Positions 1 to 9,980 are shown, numbered from the stretch's first letter. The stretch: 30,048 bases of DNA from Armatimonadia bacterium (GCA_039683575.1 JBDKRC010000154.1:1-30048), one strand, 5' to 3'. Made by a program: numbers and translations. The notes: a model not told the origin generated them from the letters alone.

Positions 1-1
1 C

Positions 2-712
2 GATGTCCGCCTGCCGATCATGAACTGCCTTGACGGCTTCCTGGTCAGCCACAGCTACGAGCTCGTCGAAGTTGAGTCCGACGAGGACGTGCAGAAGTTT
101 GTGGGGCCGTACAAGCCCGTCAAGCCCCTGCTCGACATCAAGAACCCCTACACCATGGGCCCCATCGACCTGCAGGACTTCTACATGGAGCACAAGCGCA
201 ACCAGTGGGAAGCCTACGGCGCTGCCAAGAAGGCCATCGTCGAAGAGGGCAAGCGCTTTGGTGAGATGTTCGGGCGCGAGTACGGCCTGATGGAACTCGT
301 GGACATGGACGATGCCGACATCGCCGTTGTGGCGCTCGGCTCGGCCGCCGGAACCTGCAAGGACATCGTCGCCAGCCTCCGCGAGCAGGGCGTCAAGGCC
401 GGCTTGCTGAAGCTGCGCAGCTTCCGCCCGTTCCCGGCCGAAGAGATCGCCGCGGCGCTCAAGGGCTGCAAGGCCGTCGCCGTCATGGATCGTGCCGCCA
501 GCTACGGCGGTGGCACCGGCCCGCTGTTCCCTGAAGTCGCTGCCGCCATGGCAATGAGCGGCTTCCAGGTTCCGATGCTGGACTACATCTATGGCCTCGG
601 CGGCCGTGAACTCCCGCCCGAGCAGATCTCGACGGTCTACGACGACCTCGCGAAGCTCGCCAATGGCCAGAAGCCCGAGCAGGTCGTGCAGTGGCTCGGC
701 GTCCGGGCGTAA
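2..712 (+). CDS. porA: Pyruvate:ferredoxin oxidoreductase alpha subunit, 5'-truncated by window edge
   Basis: Frame open from the window start (DVRLPIMNCLDGFLVSH). Contains 'LKLRSFRPFP', 'VAVMDRA' and 'YGLGGRE', typical of the PorA C-terminal half. Directly upstream of a beta subunit. Confidence 0.92.
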   Translation, partial: DVRLPIMNCLDGFLVSHSYELVEVESDEDVQKFVGPYKPVKPLLDIKNPYTMGPIDLQDFYMEHKRNQWEAYGAAKKAIVEEGKRFGEMFGREYGLMELVDMDDADIAVVALGSAAGTCKDIVASLREQGVKAGLLKLRSFRPFPAEEIAAALKGCKAVAVMDRAASYGGGTGPLFPEVAAAMAMSGFQVPMLDYIYGLGGRELPPEQISTVYDDLAKLANGQKPEQVVQWLGVRA

Positions 713-721
713 GATACGCCG

Positions 722-781
722 GCGTAGGTGGGTTCATGCCTGAACCCACCCCGTGCGGGTTCGAGACGAACCCGCCTACGC
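722..781. repeat. GTAG-type REP doublet (two inverted hairpin units)
   Basis: GTAG-GTGGGTTCA-tgcc-TGAACCCAC on +, and GTAG-GCGGGTTCG-tct-CGAACCCGC on -. Intergenic between porA and porB. Confidence 0.8.
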
Positions 782-812
782 GCAATCTGAAGACCAAACA
801 GGAGGCATGATA

Positions 813-1748
813 ATGCCTAAGAATCTCAAGCAGTACGCCGAAGTTCCTGTGCGCTTGACGGCCGGGCACCGCCTCTGCCCGGGTTGCGGTGAGCCCACCG
901 CCGCCCGGCAGGTCCTCATGGCCACCGATAAGCCTGTCATCGTCGCCAATGCCACCGGCTGCTTCGAAGTCTCGACCACGATCTTCCCGTTCACCGCGTG
1001 GAATGTCCCGTGGTTGCACGTGGCGTTCGAGAATGCCGCGGCTGTGGCTTCTGGCATGGAGGCCATGTACGTGTCGCAAAAGGCCCAGGGCAACATCCCT
1101 GAGGATGCCGATTACCGCTTCGTCGCCTTCGGTGGTGACGGTGGCACCTATGACATCGGCTTCCAGGCCCTCTCCGGGGCAGCCGAGCGCGGCCACCATT
1201 TCATGTACGTGTGTCTCAACAACGAGGCCTACATGAACACGGGCGTCCAGCGCTCCAGCGCCAGCCCCCTGGGCGCGCACACCACCACCACCCCCGCCGG
1301 ACGCAAGTCTACGGGCAAGAAAGACTTCCAGAAGGACCTCACCGGCATCATGGCGGCCCATGAGATCCCGTATGTGGCCCAGAGCATTTCCGGCCGCTGG
1401 CGCGACCTGACCGCCAAGGCCGAGAAGGGCTTCGAGTGCGGTGGCCCGGCGTTCCTGAACGTCCTGACCCCGTGCCCGCTCGGCTGGATCTCCGATCCCG
1501 CCAAGTCCGTCGAAATCGCTCAGTTGGCCGCCGACTGCTGTGTCTGGCCGCTGTACGAGGTCGAGAACGGCGTCTGGAAGCTCACCTACAAGCCCAAGGA
1601 TAAGGTGCCTCTGGACGAGTTCCTCAAGCTCCAGGGCCGCTTCCGCCACCTGTTCAAGGGTGACGAGGGCGCCGCGATGCGCGTGAAGATGCAGGAGCAT
1701 GTGGACTTCAAGTGGGAGCAGCTTCTGAAGAAATGCGGCGAGGCGTAG
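813..1748 (+). CDS. porB: Pyruvate:ferredoxin oxidoreductase beta subunit (TPP-binding)
   Basis: GHRLCPGCG, NATGC, GGDGG...NNEAYMNTG TPP motif, LTPCPLGW. GGAGG at 801-805 precedes ATG 813 (alternative ATG 807). Confidence 0.93.
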   Translation: MPKNLKQYAEVPVRLTAGHRLCPGCGEPTAARQVLMATDKPVIVANATGCFEVSTTIFPFTAWNVPWLHVAFENAAAVASGMEAMYVSQKAQGNIPEDADYRFVAFGGDGGTYDIGFQALSGAAERGHHFMYVCLNNEAYMNTGVQRSSASPLGAHTTTTPAGRKSTGKKDFQKDLTGIMAAHEIPYVAQSISGRWRDLTAKAEKGFECGGPAFLNVLTPCPLGWISDPAKSVEIAQLAADCCVWPLYEVENGVWKLTYKPKDKVPLDEFLKLQGRFRHLFKGDEGAAMRVKMQEHVDFKWEQLLKKCGEA

Positions 1749-1783
1749 ACCACGCCAGCCGTGAGACGTGACACATGAACAAC

Positions 1784-1819
1784 AAAGAGGCCCGGCATCG
1801 CTGCCGGGCCTCTTTTTTT
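1784..1819 (+). terminator. Intrinsic terminator between convergent genes, possibly bidirectional
   Basis: AAAGAGGCCCGGCA-tcgc-TGCCGGGCCTCTTT followed by more T's. Confidence 0.9.
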
Positions 1820-1837
1820 GACGGGCTTCAGGCAGGC

Positions 1838-2500
1838 CTAGCGTGTCACAGAGAAGTCAAACACCCGGCAGACCCCTTCGCATCCTTCAACCCCAAGGTA
1901 CAGCTCATCGGGCAGTGACGGGATCAGGACGCCTACGTCGCGCCCGTCCACGGTCATCAGCAGGCTTTTGCCCTTCTTCCGGACCTCGAACTTGTACGGG
2001 GTGTCGGGCTTCAACGCGAAGTTCGACCAGGCCCACTTCTCATATGTCCGCTTGCCATCACGGGCGAAGTGGTGCCAGAGGTTGATGCCCTTTTCGTAGA
2101 TGATGCACTCGTAGAACTCGCCGTATTGCGGACGCCCCTGGGCATCCGGCGCCCAGTCCTGGGCAATGATGATGCCTGGCGCGGCCCCCGGACCGATCAG
2201 CAGCGTCGAGGAAATGGTGTAGTCGCCGGTGAAGGTCTTCCCATAGACCATTGTCGTCAAGCTCTGATCGAGGGCGGACTTCTTCGCCGGATCATCAGGC
2301 GTCTGGTTCTCGATCGAGTCCGCTTTCTGCACCCATTGGCCCAGATGCTCGACCGTGGGATTCTTGGCGAGCACCCATGCAGCCGGGTCCCACGCCCCCT
2401 GCGCAAAGGATACGGACAACAGAGGCTCAGCAGCGAGGGCGGCTGTGGCCAAGGCGGCAGCAAAGGTAGCGCAGCACAGCAGACTGACGACGCGTTTCAT
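1838..2500 (-). CDS. Secreted hypothetical protein, probable concanavalin-A-like beta-sandwich
   Basis: AGGAG RBS before MKRVVSLL. Signal peptide ending ATAALA|AEP. Beta-strand-rich pattern (LLMTVDG, LYLGVEG, RVFDFSV). Fold is inferred. Confidence 0.65.
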   Translation of the reverse strand: MKRVVSLLCCATFAAALATAALAAEPLLSVSFAQGAWDPAAWVLAKNPTVEHLGQWVQKADSIENQTPDDPAKKSALDQSLTTMVYGKTFTGDYTISSTLLIGPGAAPGIIIAQDWAPDAQGRPQYGEFYECIIYEKGINLWHHFARDGKRTYEKWAWSNFALKPDTPYKFEVRKKGKSLLMTVDGRDVGVLIPSLPDELYLGVEGCEGVCRVFDFSVTR

Positions 2501-2532
2501 TGGGCAAACTCCTGTATTTGGGGCTGCAGGCG

Positions 2533-5169
2533 TCATTCCGGGGGTGATTCGAGGGGGAAACACAGATGGAAGGTGGCGCCGTGGCCCATTTCACTGTCCA
2601 CCTTCAGATGACCTCCCAACAACGCCAGGCGCTCCTGGATGCTGACCAGACCGAAGCCGCCAGTGTAGGCGACGTGGGGGGCGCTGGGGTCGAAACCGAC
2701 ACCGTCGTCCTTCACGGTGAGGCAGCCTGAGCCGTTCTCAAAGGCCAAGTCCACCCACACATGCTGTGCCTGAGCGTGCTTGGCTGCGTTCATTAGCAGT
2801 TCCCTGACCGAGCGATAGAGCAGTATTTTGAGATCCATGCTCATGGTCACGGGCTCGACGGGCCCCGCTACTACGGTGCGGTAGCCATAGGTTGTGCCCA
2901 TTTTCTCCGCCAGTGTGTCGAGTGATTGCCGCAGGGTTGCTCCCGATGTCACCGGCGGGGTCAGTTGGGTGAGCAGGGAACGCGTTTCCAGGATAGCCTG
3001 CTGAACCAGAGAGGCCAGGTCCTCCAGATTCTGCCGGCCTCGGGCGTCTTTGACCTGCGACCGCGCGAGCTTGGCCTTCAGGAAGGCAAACGCCAGCGTC
3101 TGCGCCACGCTGTCATGTAGCGCCAGCGCGATGGTCTCGCGCTCACGCTCCTCAGCCTGCACAAGCTGCTGATCCAGCCGCTTTAGCAGGTTCTGCTTGG
3201 CGAGTAGCTCATCGTTCATGCGCTGAAGCGCGTTTGTGCGCTCGTGCACCAGGTCTTCAAGGTGCTGACGGTAGCGCTGCAACTCATCTTCGGCCTGCAC
3301 CTGCTCGGTCATGTCGAAAAAAGTCATCACGCCCGCGATAATGGTCCCCTGCTCGTCCCGCACCGGCTGTGCATAGGCGCTGATGATGCGCTCCCCCCCA
3401 TCCGACCGAACGCGCACATGGAGGTCCTCGGTCGCTTCTCCCCGAGTGAGCGCCGTCATTATAGGCCACTCTTCATGAGGTATCGGCTCGCCGGCTAGAG
3501 TGAATGCCTCCCACGGCGAAGTGCGTACGGGCAGGTTCTCGTCATCATCCGGCCGGACGACGAGGTTCTGGATCTTGTCGTTCACATAGAGCAAGTGCCC
3601 GTCTGGCGGCAGGGCAATGGCGATGCTGCCAGGCATCTGCGACACAATCGCCTCGAGCAACGCGCGTTGGCGCTGCACGTCCCGCAATAGCTGCTCCCGC
3701 TCCTCCTCGCCCTGCTTGAGTTGGTCTATGTCAAGGTTGACCCCCACCCAGGCGGTGATTTGCCCGGAACTGTCCCGCACCGGCGCCCCACGGTGGAATA
3801 TCCAGTGGAGCTTTCCATCGACGCCGCGGACGCGTGCCTCGATCGTGAGGTCACTGCCCTCTCGCAATGACTTCTGCCATGCCTCATCTATCCGCTCTAG
3901 ATCCTCGGCGGCGAAGAACTGGCGTCGCTCTTGCCGTGACGTCTTGCTGATGTCCTTGCCCACGAGGTCCACAAAGCTCTGGCTGACATAGGTTGCGTCA
4001 CCCTCGGGGCTAGCTATCCACATGCCGTACGGGATGAGTTCGGCGATGCCGCGGTAGAGCCTCTCCGAATGGGCCAGGCCCCGTTCGGACTCTCGCAGGT
4101 CCTGCACCAGAGCTTCCTGGGCGGCCAGAAGCTCATAGTACTGGGTGGTGTCATGCATGACCACGACGACGCCCGTGATGCCCTGTGGGGACTGTAGAGG
4201 CGCACTGGAGCCGGTCAGATGACTTACATTGCCCTCTCGGTCAACCACGGAATAGTGCCGGTTGAGCACCACTTCGCCGGCCAGCGCCCGGTCGTGTATC
4301 AGCTCGTGCGGGAGAACGGAAACCTCGTTGTCATCGAACAGCGTTAGCGTCTCTGCGAGTTTGGCAGCGGACGTCCCGGTGGGATCATAGCCCAGTGATA
4401 TCACCACGGCGGGATTGACCCTGGTGATGATCCCCTCGGCATCGCATACGATAACGAGATCGGTCACAGCGGAGAAGACGGCATCGAGTTCCGCCGCCCG
4501 CTGCTCGGCAACCAGCGTGAGCTCTTGCAGTTCCGCTGCCGTTTGCAGGTCGCGAATGCGCAGAGCGACAAACTTCGCCAACTGCACCAGGGTCTGCTCA
4601 TCCTGAGAGGTAAAGTCTCCACTATCTTTCTGGGAGACCATGATGATGCCGACTGGCCGCCCTTCGTCATATATCAATGCCCCGACCAGGCCGCGTATTG
4701 GCGGGTGCCCGGCCGGCATCTTGGCCAGCAGGGGGTGTTCGGCCAGTTCCGCCTGAGTGTATCTGATCGAAGGCCTGTCTCCGAGCCACTCTCGAAACGC
4801 CGTCCAGTGCTCGCCCTCACCTTTCGCGAGAAGACGTTGTAGTCCTGTGTTGGGATCCGTCATGTCACCCGACAGGGCTTCACGTTGCTCGCACTCGTGC
4901 TTGATGACACACACCTGCGCGCCAGTCAGATCCTGGGCAAAGCTTACGGCCACCCCGAAGAGAGATTCTATGGTATTGGCGCTCATGATGCGCTTCACAG
5001 CCCCCAAGATGGAGGCTTCGCGCGAAGGTGACGCAGGAGGGGGAGGGGACGTCTGAGGGGGCTGTTCGGGCGTGAGGGCTCCGAGAGCCTGCTCGACCTC
5101 AGCAAGCTCGCGGCGCAACTGCTTTGCTCTGTCGGCCAGGTCCGCGTGTATTGTCTTGGCCTCGCTCAT
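2533..5169 (-). CDS. Cytoplasmic sensor histidine kinase: GAF + three PAS/PAC + HisKA_3 + HATPase
   Basis: EERERETIALALHDSVAQ H-box, ELLMNAAKHA N-box, DDGVGFD and GFGL G-boxes. GAF 'GHPPIRG...DFTSQDE'. Repeated PAC ends (VVMHDTT, NLDID, FFDMTE). No transmembrane helix seen. Start uncertain (5169-5190). Confidence 0.9.
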   Translation of the reverse strand: MSEAKTIHADLADRAKQLRRELAEVEQALGALTPEQPPQTSPPPPASPSREASILGAVKRIMSANTIESLFGVAVSFAQDLTGAQVCVIKHECEQREALSGDMTDPNTGLQRLLAKGEGEHWTAFREWLGDRPSIRYTQAELAEHPLLAKMPAGHPPIRGLVGALIYDEGRPVGIIMVSQKDSGDFTSQDEQTLVQLAKFVALRIRDLQTAAELQELTLVAEQRAAELDAVFSAVTDLVIVCDAEGIITRVNPAVVISLGYDPTGTSAAKLAETLTLFDDNEVSVLPHELIHDRALAGEVVLNRHYSVVDREGNVSHLTGSSAPLQSPQGITGVVVVMHDTTQYYELLAAQEALVQDLRESERGLAHSERLYRGIAELIPYGMWIASPEGDATYVSQSFVDLVGKDISKTSRQERRQFFAAEDLERIDEAWQKSLREGSDLTIEARVRGVDGKLHWIFHRGAPVRDSSGQITAWVGVNLDIDQLKQGEEEREQLLRDVQRQRALLEAIVSQMPGSIAIALPPDGHLLYVNDKIQNLVVRPDDDENLPVRTSPWEAFTLAGEPIPHEEWPIMTALTRGEATEDLHVRVRSDGGERIISAYAQPVRDEQGTIIAGVMTFFDMTEQVQAEDELQRYRQHLEDLVHERTNALQRMNDELLAKQNLLKRLDQQLVQAEERERETIALALHDSVAQTLAFAFLKAKLARSQVKDARGRQNLEDLASLVQQAILETRSLLTQLTPPVTSGATLRQSLDTLAEKMGTTYGYRTVVAGPVEPVTMSMDLKILLYRSVRELLMNAAKHAQAQHVWVDLAFENGSGCLTVKDDGVGFDPSAPHVAYTGGFGLVSIQERLALLGGHLKVDSEMGHGATFHLCFPLESPPE

Positions 5170-5314
5170 TGCACTCACCATTGCCCACACAACAACTCAG
5201 CAACGACAGGCTTGCCCAAAGGTGCGCGCAGGACACAGCTTGCTGTCAGGTCAAACACAAGACAACATTCCAACAGGGTATATTCTAACTAATCTACAAA
5301 ATTCCTGCCAGCAG

Positions 5315-5354
5315 AAAAAAAAGGAAGGCAGGCCACTAGCCAGTGGCCTGCCTT
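5315..5354 (-). terminator. Intrinsic terminator after the lyase-like gene
   Basis: 13-bp stem AAGGCAGGCCACT/AGTGGCCTGCCTT, then CC and T8 on the minus strand. Confidence 0.88.
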
Positions 5355-5377
5355 GTCCCTATGCGTGTCCAAGCCTG

Positions 5378-8170
5378 CTACCGGGGACCTGGGTACACGA
5401 CTTTGTACTGCCGTCCATTGGTGCGCGGGTCGCTGTTGTCGGACGTTGAGAACCACAACGTCCTGGCCCCCCAGTGACTGTAGCGTCCGCCGCCGTCGGT
5501 CCTGATGACCGCGTGGGGGGAGTTCTTCGGACCCAGCGGCTTGCCATCTTCGAGCAAGACCAGCTTCGACACTCCGCCGCCCTGGTCGCTCGGACAACCG
5601 TGCTCGAAGCTTACCTGGTAAGCGAACCCAATCTCTTTGCGCATTTTCTGCGGGTCGAGAATCTCTTCGAAGGGCGGCGGCTCATTGGTCACCCGCGGGA
5701 CAGCCAGCACCGCCTGCTGGTCCATACCCGCCCGCTCGAAGACTGCCAGGGCGTACGGCAGCGGCACCAGGCCCTGAATAGTGAGCATGTAGACGTTGTT
5801 GACGCCCCACTTGCCAGTCACGGCCTGCACGAAGTCCTCCCAGGGCATCGCGTCCAGCGTCTGCAGATATCCCGGGGTGAGTTCGACCTTCGACGGCACT
5901 CCGGCCCTCTGCACCAGGACCGCCGTCGCCTCCGCATACTTCCTATCCCCTGTGGCCTGGTAAGCGAGCGAGGACAGCAGGATCGCCAGGTAGCCCGCCT
6001 CGTCCCAACTGCTCCGCCAGGTGTCATATCGCCCGTCAACCGTCTTTACAATGGCCTCTTTCAGCTTTGCACAGTCTTGGGGCGGGGCCGCTGAGAGATA
6101 GTACATGAACCCCGTGCAGGTGTTGGAGACCATTCGGAAGTGCTGGGTGGTCACAAACCGCCACGGGTTCTCCGCCGGGACATTCAGCTCTTCTGCCAGA
6201 AGCTGGTCGGCACGCTGCTTCCAGTGCTCCTCGCCGCTGATCTCCCAAAAACGGATGAGGCCGCCGATGCGATCCTCGTCTTCGGAAGGTACACCGTTAT
6301 CATGGTAGCCAGAGGTTTCGCGAGCCACGTCCAGGGCCCGCTCGTTGCCTGTCAGCAGGTAGTAGTCGATGATCCCGTGCGTGGCAGTCCCATAGCCCCG
6401 GCAGCCGTTGCCCCAGTGCTGCTGGTCATGCCGGTGGCCGCCGCCGACTTCTCCCGGCCGCTCAGCGCAGTAGTGGCAGGTGTCCACGTCCATCGAGTGC
6501 CGCGCCATATTCTCGGCCAACCGGAAGACGTCGTAGTCACCGCTGCGGGCATAGTGCAGGAACAGCGAGTTGGTCAGGCCGCCATCATCATTGAGCCAGC
6601 CGACGTAACCCCGGCTGCACCAGCCCTTCTTGTTGAGGTAGCCATAGTGGCTCGGCGTCGCATAGCCATGAAAGAGCGTGTCCCCGCGGTCAATCATGCC
6701 GTCCCAGTGGAACTGCTCCTGATTGCGGCGAATCCACTTCGTCGCGACTTTCTGGTATGCCTCAAGGTGGGGATAGCGTGCCTCATTGACCGGCGCGAAG
6801 GGCCCAAAGACACCGGTTGCGGCATAGTAGGCGGGCTCGCACTGGAGCATGAGGGGGTTGTTCAGCAGCGCGGTGGTCTCCCGGAGGGGCGCAGCTTCAG
6901 CCGTCCCGCCGTTGGCCACGCCCATCGTCAGCATCACGTCATGCGTCACGCCAACGCCTTCGCCGCCGAACTCCCACAGGCTCAGGTCGTAGTGGTACGT
7001 GTTCTCGATCTCATCATAGCGCCGTCGCAGGTCCAGGACCTTGTTGCCCTGTTCCGGCCACAGGTACAGCGTCAGGGCCTCACGCTCGCACTTGATCTCC
7101 TTGGGGTGCATCTTCCAGAAGTCCCGCAGGGCCAGCCCCAGCGTCCCGGCGCCGTCGCTGACCTGCGCCCACCCCGCGGCTTCCTTACCAGTGGCCAGTT
7201 GCTTGCCGTTTTGCACCACTGAGTAGGTGACGGTCTTGTCCTGGTCGTAGGGAGCCATGTGGTAGATCTTCTGCGGCCCGATCTCGTACAGGCTCACGGC
7301 GTCCTGCCCGGAGAGCCTGCCCTCGTGCGGTGTCTCCCCGCCGAGTGTCCACGTCGCGGCCCCCGCCGCTTTGCGCGGGAAGCGCAGGTACATGGCCCGG
7401 ATGAAGTCTTCCTTGGGTTTGCCCGCGTAGACGAAGGTGGGGGAGAGCTTGAGGTCCGCCTTCCCTGCACATGCCTGCGCCCGGATCACATACTGGATCA
7501 GCTTCCGGCCGGCCGGGTTCACCAGCCAGCCCGAGAGCTTCACCGTCACCCGCAGGTCGTTGGCGTTCTCAACCTCAACGCGGTACTCTCCCGCCGGAGC
7601 AGCCGTGAACTTCTCCCGGGCGCTGCCGGAGGCCGGGCGCAGCCAGTCTTCCTCCTCTGGCGGGCCAGCGGGAGTGTGCTCGACTTCGCACACGAACTGC
7701 GATCCCGGCGCGATCACCTGCGTCTTGCCTATCCAGGCCTCGGTCGGCAGCCCGAATTGCTTCTTGCTGAACACGAACCGCGCAGCGCCTGTCTCGACTG
7801 TGATGGCGGTGGGGGATTCGCTGCATTTGACCAACTGCGCGGGCTCGCAGGCGGCGGCACCCGTCGACAACCTCAAGTGCGCCGCGCCCTCTGCCGGCAA
7901 ATCCACTTGCGTGTCCACGAGCAGCCACTTCACGCTGCCATCATGCCAGCGCGCAATAGAACGCACGCGGCATGGCACTTGCTTGCCAGCAGCGTCGGCG
8001 AGTTGGAAGGTCTCGTTGCCCTTCACTTGCCCGAGCGCGAATGGTACCCCGCCACGCACCGGCGCAGCTTTCAGCGCCGCGCCCGAATGATTGGGCACAG
8101 TCAGGCTGACCTCCGCCGCGAGGACCGTGGACATGAGCATCACCGCGAGAAGGGGCAAGATCAGTCGCAT
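5378..8170 (-). CDS. Secreted YetA/PcRGLX-like (exo-rhamnogalacturonan lyase-like) protein with an extra C-terminal module
   Basis: Signal peptide. Motifs GVPF..G, WHDGSVKWLLVD, DFWKMHPK, MARHSMDVD, GHRHDQQHWG and YYLLTGNERA resemble the YetA/PcRGLX family. GGAG RBS before ATG 8170. Confidence 0.7.
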   Translation of the reverse strand: MRLILPLLAVMLMSTVLAAEVSLTVPNHSGAALKAAPVRGGVPFALGQVKGNETFQLADAAGKQVPCRVRSIARWHDGSVKWLLVDTQVDLPAEGAAHLRLSTGAAACEPAQLVKCSESPTAITVETGAARFVFSKKQFGLPTEAWIGKTQVIAPGSQFVCEVEHTPAGPPEEEDWLRPASGSAREKFTAAPAGEYRVEVENANDLRVTVKLSGWLVNPAGRKLIQYVIRAQACAGKADLKLSPTFVYAGKPKEDFIRAMYLRFPRKAAGAATWTLGGETPHEGRLSGQDAVSLYEIGPQKIYHMAPYDQDKTVTYSVVQNGKQLATGKEAAGWAQVSDGAGTLGLALRDFWKMHPKEIKCEREALTLYLWPEQGNKVLDLRRRYDEIENTYHYDLSLWEFGGEGVGVTHDVMLTMGVANGGTAEAAPLRETTALLNNPLMLQCEPAYYAATGVFGPFAPVNEARYPHLEAYQKVATKWIRRNQEQFHWDGMIDRGDTLFHGYATPSHYGYLNKKGWCSRGYVGWLNDDGGLTNSLFLHYARSGDYDVFRLAENMARHSMDVDTCHYCAERPGEVGGGHRHDQQHWGNGCRGYGTATHGIIDYYLLTGNERALDVARETSGYHDNGVPSEDEDRIGGLIRFWEISGEEHWKQRADQLLAEELNVPAENPWRFVTTQHFRMVSNTCTGFMYYLSAAPPQDCAKLKEAIVKTVDGRYDTWRSSWDEAGYLAILLSSLAYQATGDRKYAEATAVLVQRAGVPSKVELTPGYLQTLDAMPWEDFVQAVTGKWGVNNVYMLTIQGLVPLPYALAVFERAGMDQQAVLAVPRVTNEPPPFEEILDPQKMRKEIGFAYQVSFEHGCPSDQGGGVSKLVLLEDGKPLGPKNSPHAVIRTDGGGRYSHWGARTLWFSTSDNSDPRTNGRQYKVVYPGPR

Positions 8171-8209
8171 CGTCAACTCCTGAGTATCATTTCAGTCGAT
8201 GTCTGCTGT

Positions 8210-9919
8210 CTATCCCGCCACCAGCCGCCGGTATCGCGGCACATACATCGCCGCGCGCATCGCGTCTCGCAGGTCGCCCTCGGGCTTCTTCGCCTGCGCC
8301 ACGCCCTGCTCCCACGCCTGCCCGGCCACTGCCGCCGCCACATGGGCCGCGGTCTCCCGCAGGTCGCGGTTGGGCGGCAGCACCAGCCCCTGCGCGTAGT
8401 CTTCCGACTCCGCCAGCGAGTGCAGGGCTTCACCGGCCACGAAGAGCATTTCCGCGGTAATGACCCGCGCCTGGGCTAACAGCGCACCAAGCCCGACGCC
8501 GGGGAACACCGCTACGTTGTTCGCCTGAGAGAACTTGTGCTCCCGCCCGCCGAAGCTGACCGGCGCAAAGGGACTTCCGGTTGCCACTACCGCACGACCG
8601 TCGCTCCACTTCAGCAGGTCCGCCGGGACTGCCTCACACTTGTCGGTCGGGTTCGACATCGGGAAGATGATCGGACGCGGGCAGTACTCGACCATGGCCC
8701 GCACGATGTCTTCTCCAATTGCCCCCGGCTGCCCCGACAATCCATAGAGCACCGTCGGGTGGGCGTTGTGAATGACATCCAACAGGCCAATGCGCTCCCC
8801 CGATAGCTTCCAGGACTTCACTTCCTCCGGATCGGCGGCCAGCGGCAGCTTGTACTCATCCAGCCCCGGCCGGTTCTTCAGCACGAGCCCCTTGCTATCC
8901 AGCACATAGATCCGCGCCCACGCCTCGTCAGGCGTCAGGCCGTCCTTCACCAGCGCCGCGGCGGTGGATTGCGCAATTCCCGCGCCAGCCGCCCCCGCCC
9001 CGAGGACAGCAAACACCTGATCCCGGTAGCGCTGATCCGTGGTCTTCAGCGCCCCCAGCGTGGCCGCATGCACCATCGCCGCCGTGCCCTGAATGTCGTC
9101 GTTGAACGACGGATGCTCGCCCACGTAGCGGTGGAGTACCTCGAAAGCACGGTCGCGGCTGAAGTCCTCCCACTGCAGTATGGCATGCGGGAAATGCCGC
9201 TTCACCCCGGCCACGAACTTGTCGAGGAACGGATAGTACTCGTCGTCCTCCAGGCGCGGCGCCCGGTAGCCGAGATAGAGCGGATCGTCAATCAGGCTCT
9301 GGTTCGAAGTACCCACATCCAGGCAGACCGGCAGCGTCCGCGCCGGGCAGATGCCGCCCGCTGCGCTGTATAGCGCCAGCTTGCCGATGGGAATCCCCAT
9401 CCCACCAACGCCCATGTCGCCAATCCCGAGGATGCCTTCATTGTCCGTGGCCACAATGATCGCTACGTCATGGCAGGGGATGTTGGACATCACGGCATCT
9501 ACTTCGTCGATGTTCTCGGGGCTGAGGTATATTCCGCGTGAACTGCGGAAGATGTGTGAGAACTGCTCCACAGCCCGCGCCACGGTCGGGGTGTAGATGA
9601 CCGGCATGTAGTCCTCGAGGTGCGCCAGCAGCGCCGCAAAGAACAGCGTCTCATTGCGGTCCTGCAGCGAGCGCAGGTAAATGTACTGCTCCAGCGGTTC
9701 ATCCTTGGCCATAAAGGCGCCATGCACCCGCTCGACCTGCTCCTGCAGTGTCGCGATATGCGGGGGCAGAAGCCCCTCCACGCCCAGATCATCTCGCTCC
9801 TGGGCCGTGAAGGCGGCCCCCTTATTCAGGTGCGGGTCAATGAGCACATGCCAACCGCGCTCCTGCACGGCAATGGGGTCCTGCGCTCCACAAAGGGCAC
9901 AAACTTCGTTCTTCTTCAT
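8210..9919 (-). CDS. maeA: NAD-dependent malic enzyme
   Basis: LQDRNETLF, YTPTV, ILGIGDMG, QWEDF, FNDDIQGT, GAGAAG, MSNPT, QANNVAVFPG. GAGGAGG RBS supports ATG 9919. Confidence 0.93.
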   Translation of the reverse strand: MKKNEVCALCGAQDPIAVQERGWHVLIDPHLNKGAAFTAQERDDLGVEGLLPPHIATLQEQVERVHGAFMAKDEPLEQYIYLRSLQDRNETLFFAALLAHLEDYMPVIYTPTVARAVEQFSHIFRSSRGIYLSPENIDEVDAVMSNIPCHDVAIIVATDNEGILGIGDMGVGGMGIPIGKLALYSAAGGICPARTLPVCLDVGTSNQSLIDDPLYLGYRAPRLEDDEYYPFLDKFVAGVKRHFPHAILQWEDFSRDRAFEVLHRYVGEHPSFNDDIQGTAAMVHAATLGALKTTDQRYRDQVFAVLGAGAAGAGIAQSTAAALVKDGLTPDEAWARIYVLDSKGLVLKNRPGLDEYKLPLAADPEEVKSWKLSGERIGLLDVIHNAHPTVLYGLSGQPGAIGEDIVRAMVEYCPRPIIFPMSNPTDKCEAVPADLLKWSDGRAVVATGSPFAPVSFGGREHKFSQANNVAVFPGVGLGALLAQARVITAEMLFVAGEALHSLAESEDYAQGLVLPPNRDLRETAAHVAAAVAGQAWEQGVAQAKKPEGDLRDAMRAAMYVPRYRRLVAG

Positions 9920-9980
9920 TTCGCCAGCCTCCTCACAGCCTGTCGCTGTCATCGTGCGCCCCCACCGTCTTCACAAACCA

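Noticed and set aside
483-1700. Long antisense/alternate-frame ORFs (e.g. 483-1700, 6140-7222, 7259-8479, 12428-13477, 15176-16129, 18626-19657)
   Set aside because: They shadow well-supported genes in high-GC DNA and show no family motifs.
5282-5311. Sigma54-like (CTGGCAGGAATTTTGTA) or sigma70 -10 (TAGAAT) promoter upstream of the kinase, minus strand
   Set aside because: The -12 GC is GT and the -10 has no convincing -35, so it cannot be supported.
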